DNA of 64,000 nucleotides from Lepidodermella squamata (Eukaryota; Animalia; Gastrotricha): NCBI GenBank assembly GCA_047495785.1, contig JBLDXI010000004.1, positions 744,001 to 808,000 of the forward strand, read 5' to 3'. Shown piece by piece: positions 61,241 to 64,000 of this stretch (position 1 is its first letter; each line of letters starts with the position of its first letter). The notes under the pieces were generated by a model. It saw only the letters and a program-made list of their open reading frames with translations, ran no database searches and was not told where the DNA came from. The position numbers and the translations under genes were made by a program.

Positions 61241-61500
61241 CTGCCCCTTGCTTCAAGCAATGATTTGATAGTTTTCTCTTAATTTCGGACATCTCCTGAC
61301 CTGATTCCGCGGTAACTCAGCTCCAGTTTTGAAGGATGCGATATTTAAACATTTGATGACCTCCGCATCAAACATTTTGCCTACCATTCGGACAATTTCT
61401 TTGTTTGAATTGAAGTTATCTTGATGCACCAATCACTGAACTCGCCTTGCTTTAAGCCATTTAATATTTATGCAGCTATACCAGAATAAATATCACCATA

Positions 61501-61563
61501 ATTTATCTACCGAAAGCATGAATTTAGTTTCGGTATCAGAATTCATGCTTTCGGTAGATAAAT
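61501..61563. repeat. Perfect 24-bp inverted repeat with 15-nt loop
   Basis: ATTTATCTACCGAAAGCATGAATT (61501-24) / AATTCATGCTTTCGGTAGATAAAT (61540-63). Confidence 0.85.
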
Positions 61564-61723
61564 CACTGCATTTTCGTGATTAGGGTGATTTTGGGCATGA
61601 ATTCAGATAAATTTTGGAAACCCGTGAATTATGATACTCACAGAGCCCTATTTGAGGGGATTTCACAAGCTAAAAGTCCGATTTTTTATCACCCAAATTA
61701 GGGTGTTTTTTCTGGTGTACCTA

Positions 61724-62926
61724 CAGTACGCACAAAAAGTAAGGTCCCCCCTGGTGAAGGTCATTGAAAACGCAAAAAAATCGGGCCACAATTTTTACCC
61801 GTATTATTTTTGTGATATTTATATTTCTTATAATTAAATAAAAAATATTTAATACATTTAATATTAATTTAAAAATTAATTTTGCCGCAGTAGAAAATTG
61901 TGTTCTTAATTTTTCAGCACAATTTTTTCAAAATCTGTAACGGTTACATTAGGATTTTATTTATATTAGTTGTAGGCGGCTGTCCGCCGTATCTTTTAAG
62001 ACCAAAATATGCATAGCTTTCCATCTTTTTCTAAACGCTGAGCGTCACTTTGTGCTAAATCGCACAAAAACCTCATAAAAACGAGGCTTTTGAAGGCGTT
62101 ATTTCAAAATCTAACATGGTAACGCCTCAATTTTTTTGCGCTAACCGAAAGAGCAAGACGAAAAACGTAAGTTACATGGAGAAAAGCGTGGCCTTACCGG
62201 CGTCGTTGTGAAACTGTTTGCGACCAAAAGCGGTTAACTCCAGAGCAAGTGTCTACATTGGGCTCTATAATTTCATATCCATAAAAGATATGGCGTGATC
62301 TATAGACATCCTTGTTTGGCTAGCTCAGTTGTGACTAAAACACGTAAAGACTAATTCTTTAATAGGGTTTTGTGAGCGGTAAATCTAGAAATGCGAAAAA
62401 GTTGAAATTTTGAAAGTTTCCTTCAAAGGGAAGAAGCTTTAAAACGACGATGGTAAGGCCACGCTTTTCTCCATGTAACTTACGTTTTTCGTCTTGCTCT
62501 TTCGGTTAGCGCAAAAAAATTGAGGCGTTACCATGTTAGATTTTGAAATAACGCCTTCAAAAGCCTCGTTTTTATGAGGTTTTTGTGCGATTTAGCACAA
62601 AGTGACGCTCAGCGTTTAGAAAAAGATGGAAAGCTATGCATATTTTGGTCTTAAAAGATACGGCGGACAGCCGCCTACAACTAATATAAATAAAATCCTA
62701 ATGTAACCGTTACAGATTTTGAAAAAATTGTGCTGAAAAATTAAGAACACAATTTTCTACTGCGGCAAAATTAATTTTTAAATTAATATTAAATGTATTA
62801 AATATTTTTTATTTAATTATAAGAAATATAAATATCACAAAAATAATACGGGTAAAAATTGTGGCCCGATTTTTTTGCGTTTTCAATGACCTTCACCAGG
62901 GGGGACCTTACTTTTTGTGCGTACTG
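61724..62926. mobile_element. Tc1/mariner-type non-autonomous element, 1203 bp, 475-bp TIRs
   Basis: TA|CAGTACGCACAAAAAG ... CTTTTTGTGCGTACTG|TA. Arms 61724-62198 and 62452-62926 show no mismatch by eye; 253-bp spacer; no transposase ORF. Confidence 0.93.
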
Positions 62927-63116
62927 TATATATAATGTTGATAACTGCTTTATATTTCAAGAAAGTGCGATTTTGCAATATTATTTTCGAGAACAAACTC
63001 GGGCATCTATCTTCTTTCCCATATCATTATGGTGGATATTGTTAATTTTGCTCTCTTACTCGATATTCTGTAATTTCTTTCCGCCTGTAATATTTCACGT
63101 TGGTTTTTTCGGCTAG

Positions 63117-64000
63117 ATGAATCTAATAATTCACATCAGCTTGTTGCTCCTTGCTGCAGACGCTCAACGTGTCACACCTTCGTTATGGAGGCGTTGTTTC
63201 TCACTTTTCGATAACGACTTTAACAGCTGTTCAAATGATTGCAGGGAAGTCGAATACCAGGTTATTACAGTCATTCAAATACTTTGAGTTTTAACTTAAT
63301 TATCCTAAAATTTATCCCTTACCAAGTCCGCCATATGGTTCGATAGGTTTACCGATTGCCGTGTTGGGGTGAGTGTGAATATGAAACTATTCCATTTTGC
63401 TGAATTTGTGTTCATTTTGCTGTGTAGAACGCTCGACTTTGCTACAACCGTTTTGAATACAGCTTCAGGTGCATTCCTCACGGATTGCAATGCAACAAAA
63501 CCACCGAGAGCCAGGTTTTAAATGCGTCTCGGTTTTCTTAACTTTTTACAACATCATATCGACTCGCAGGCTGGATTCTTCAATGGACTTCAGACATTTT
63601 CGGGCAATTGGGCGCAATGCTTGGATGCCGTACTACGCTTGCCTGTGAGTTGCGAGCCTTTTACCCATAATCTGTTGACTTAATTGAATATCAATTTTTG
63701 ATTCAGTTGCAGCCATTTGAACGCTGTTTTTCTGGCGGAAGCTTTGTTTCCTATTTTCCTATTTCTCTTGGCTGCCCAGCAAATTTGGTAATTTCACAGT
63801 GCTGACATCTGATTTCAATTAGTACTGATTTCAAGGACGTTATCGGAGATCTACTTCCCTCCGGCAATCTAGAACAATGCGCAAGAGGCTTTGGTAAATT
63901 TTCGGGTATCCTCGCTCACTTCAATTAACCTCAATATTTCCTGCATTTTTGATAGTCCCTCCTGCTGTTATTGATGACCAAAAGCCGCACGTTCGCTGTA
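63117..64000 (+). CDS. Cys-module/CTL family gene, exons 1-7 open, continues beyond the window
   Basis: ATG 63117 (MNLIIHISLLLLAADAQ...RRCFSLFDNDFNSCSNDCREVEYQ). Same exon sizes and phases as exons 2-6 of 16984-18681; no stops up to DDQKPHVRC. Confidence 0.8.

Noticed and set aside
1-64000. tRNA, rRNA or ribozyme genes
   Set aside because: No cloverleaf with A/B boxes, rRNA-conserved blocks or hammerhead core in context were recognised by eye; tRNAscan-SE and Infernal would be needed to exclude them.

Overview
Eukaryotic, intron-rich, AT-rich invertebrate DNA. Introns are mostly 45-100 nt with GT(G/A)AG...TTTCAG-type ends, which is nematode-like (inference). The window has two interleaved layers. 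(1) A tandem/inverted cluster of about 12 genes, pseudogenes and fragments of one family of secreted proteins: signal peptide + about five short Cys-rich modules + a C-terminal non-canonical C-type lectin (CTL) domain. One complete 10-exon member (16984-18681, 388 aa) can be reconstructed by hand; most others carry lesions. (2) A dense set of young mobile elements. These include two inverted copies of a 3.9-kb foldback-like element (7393-11350, 25724-29645) and a Ty3/Gypsy LTR retrotransposon (32761-51037; 5' LTR, tRNA-Leu PBS, gag, -1 frameshift signal, PR-RT-RNase H, no integrase or 3' LTR). Its gag is split by a 14.3-kb TIR element with a 2-bp TSD (33777-48054). That element has no recognisable transposase of its own but carries small spliced orphan genes (one a stand-alone piggyBac C-terminal Cys-rich domain), a hAT MITE and a complete PIF/Harbinger transposon (43483-47129). 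A near-identical segmental duplication (23091-32760 vs 51038-56803) brackets the retrotransposon and supplies empty sites for two insertions. All calls are from manual reading; no database searches were run.
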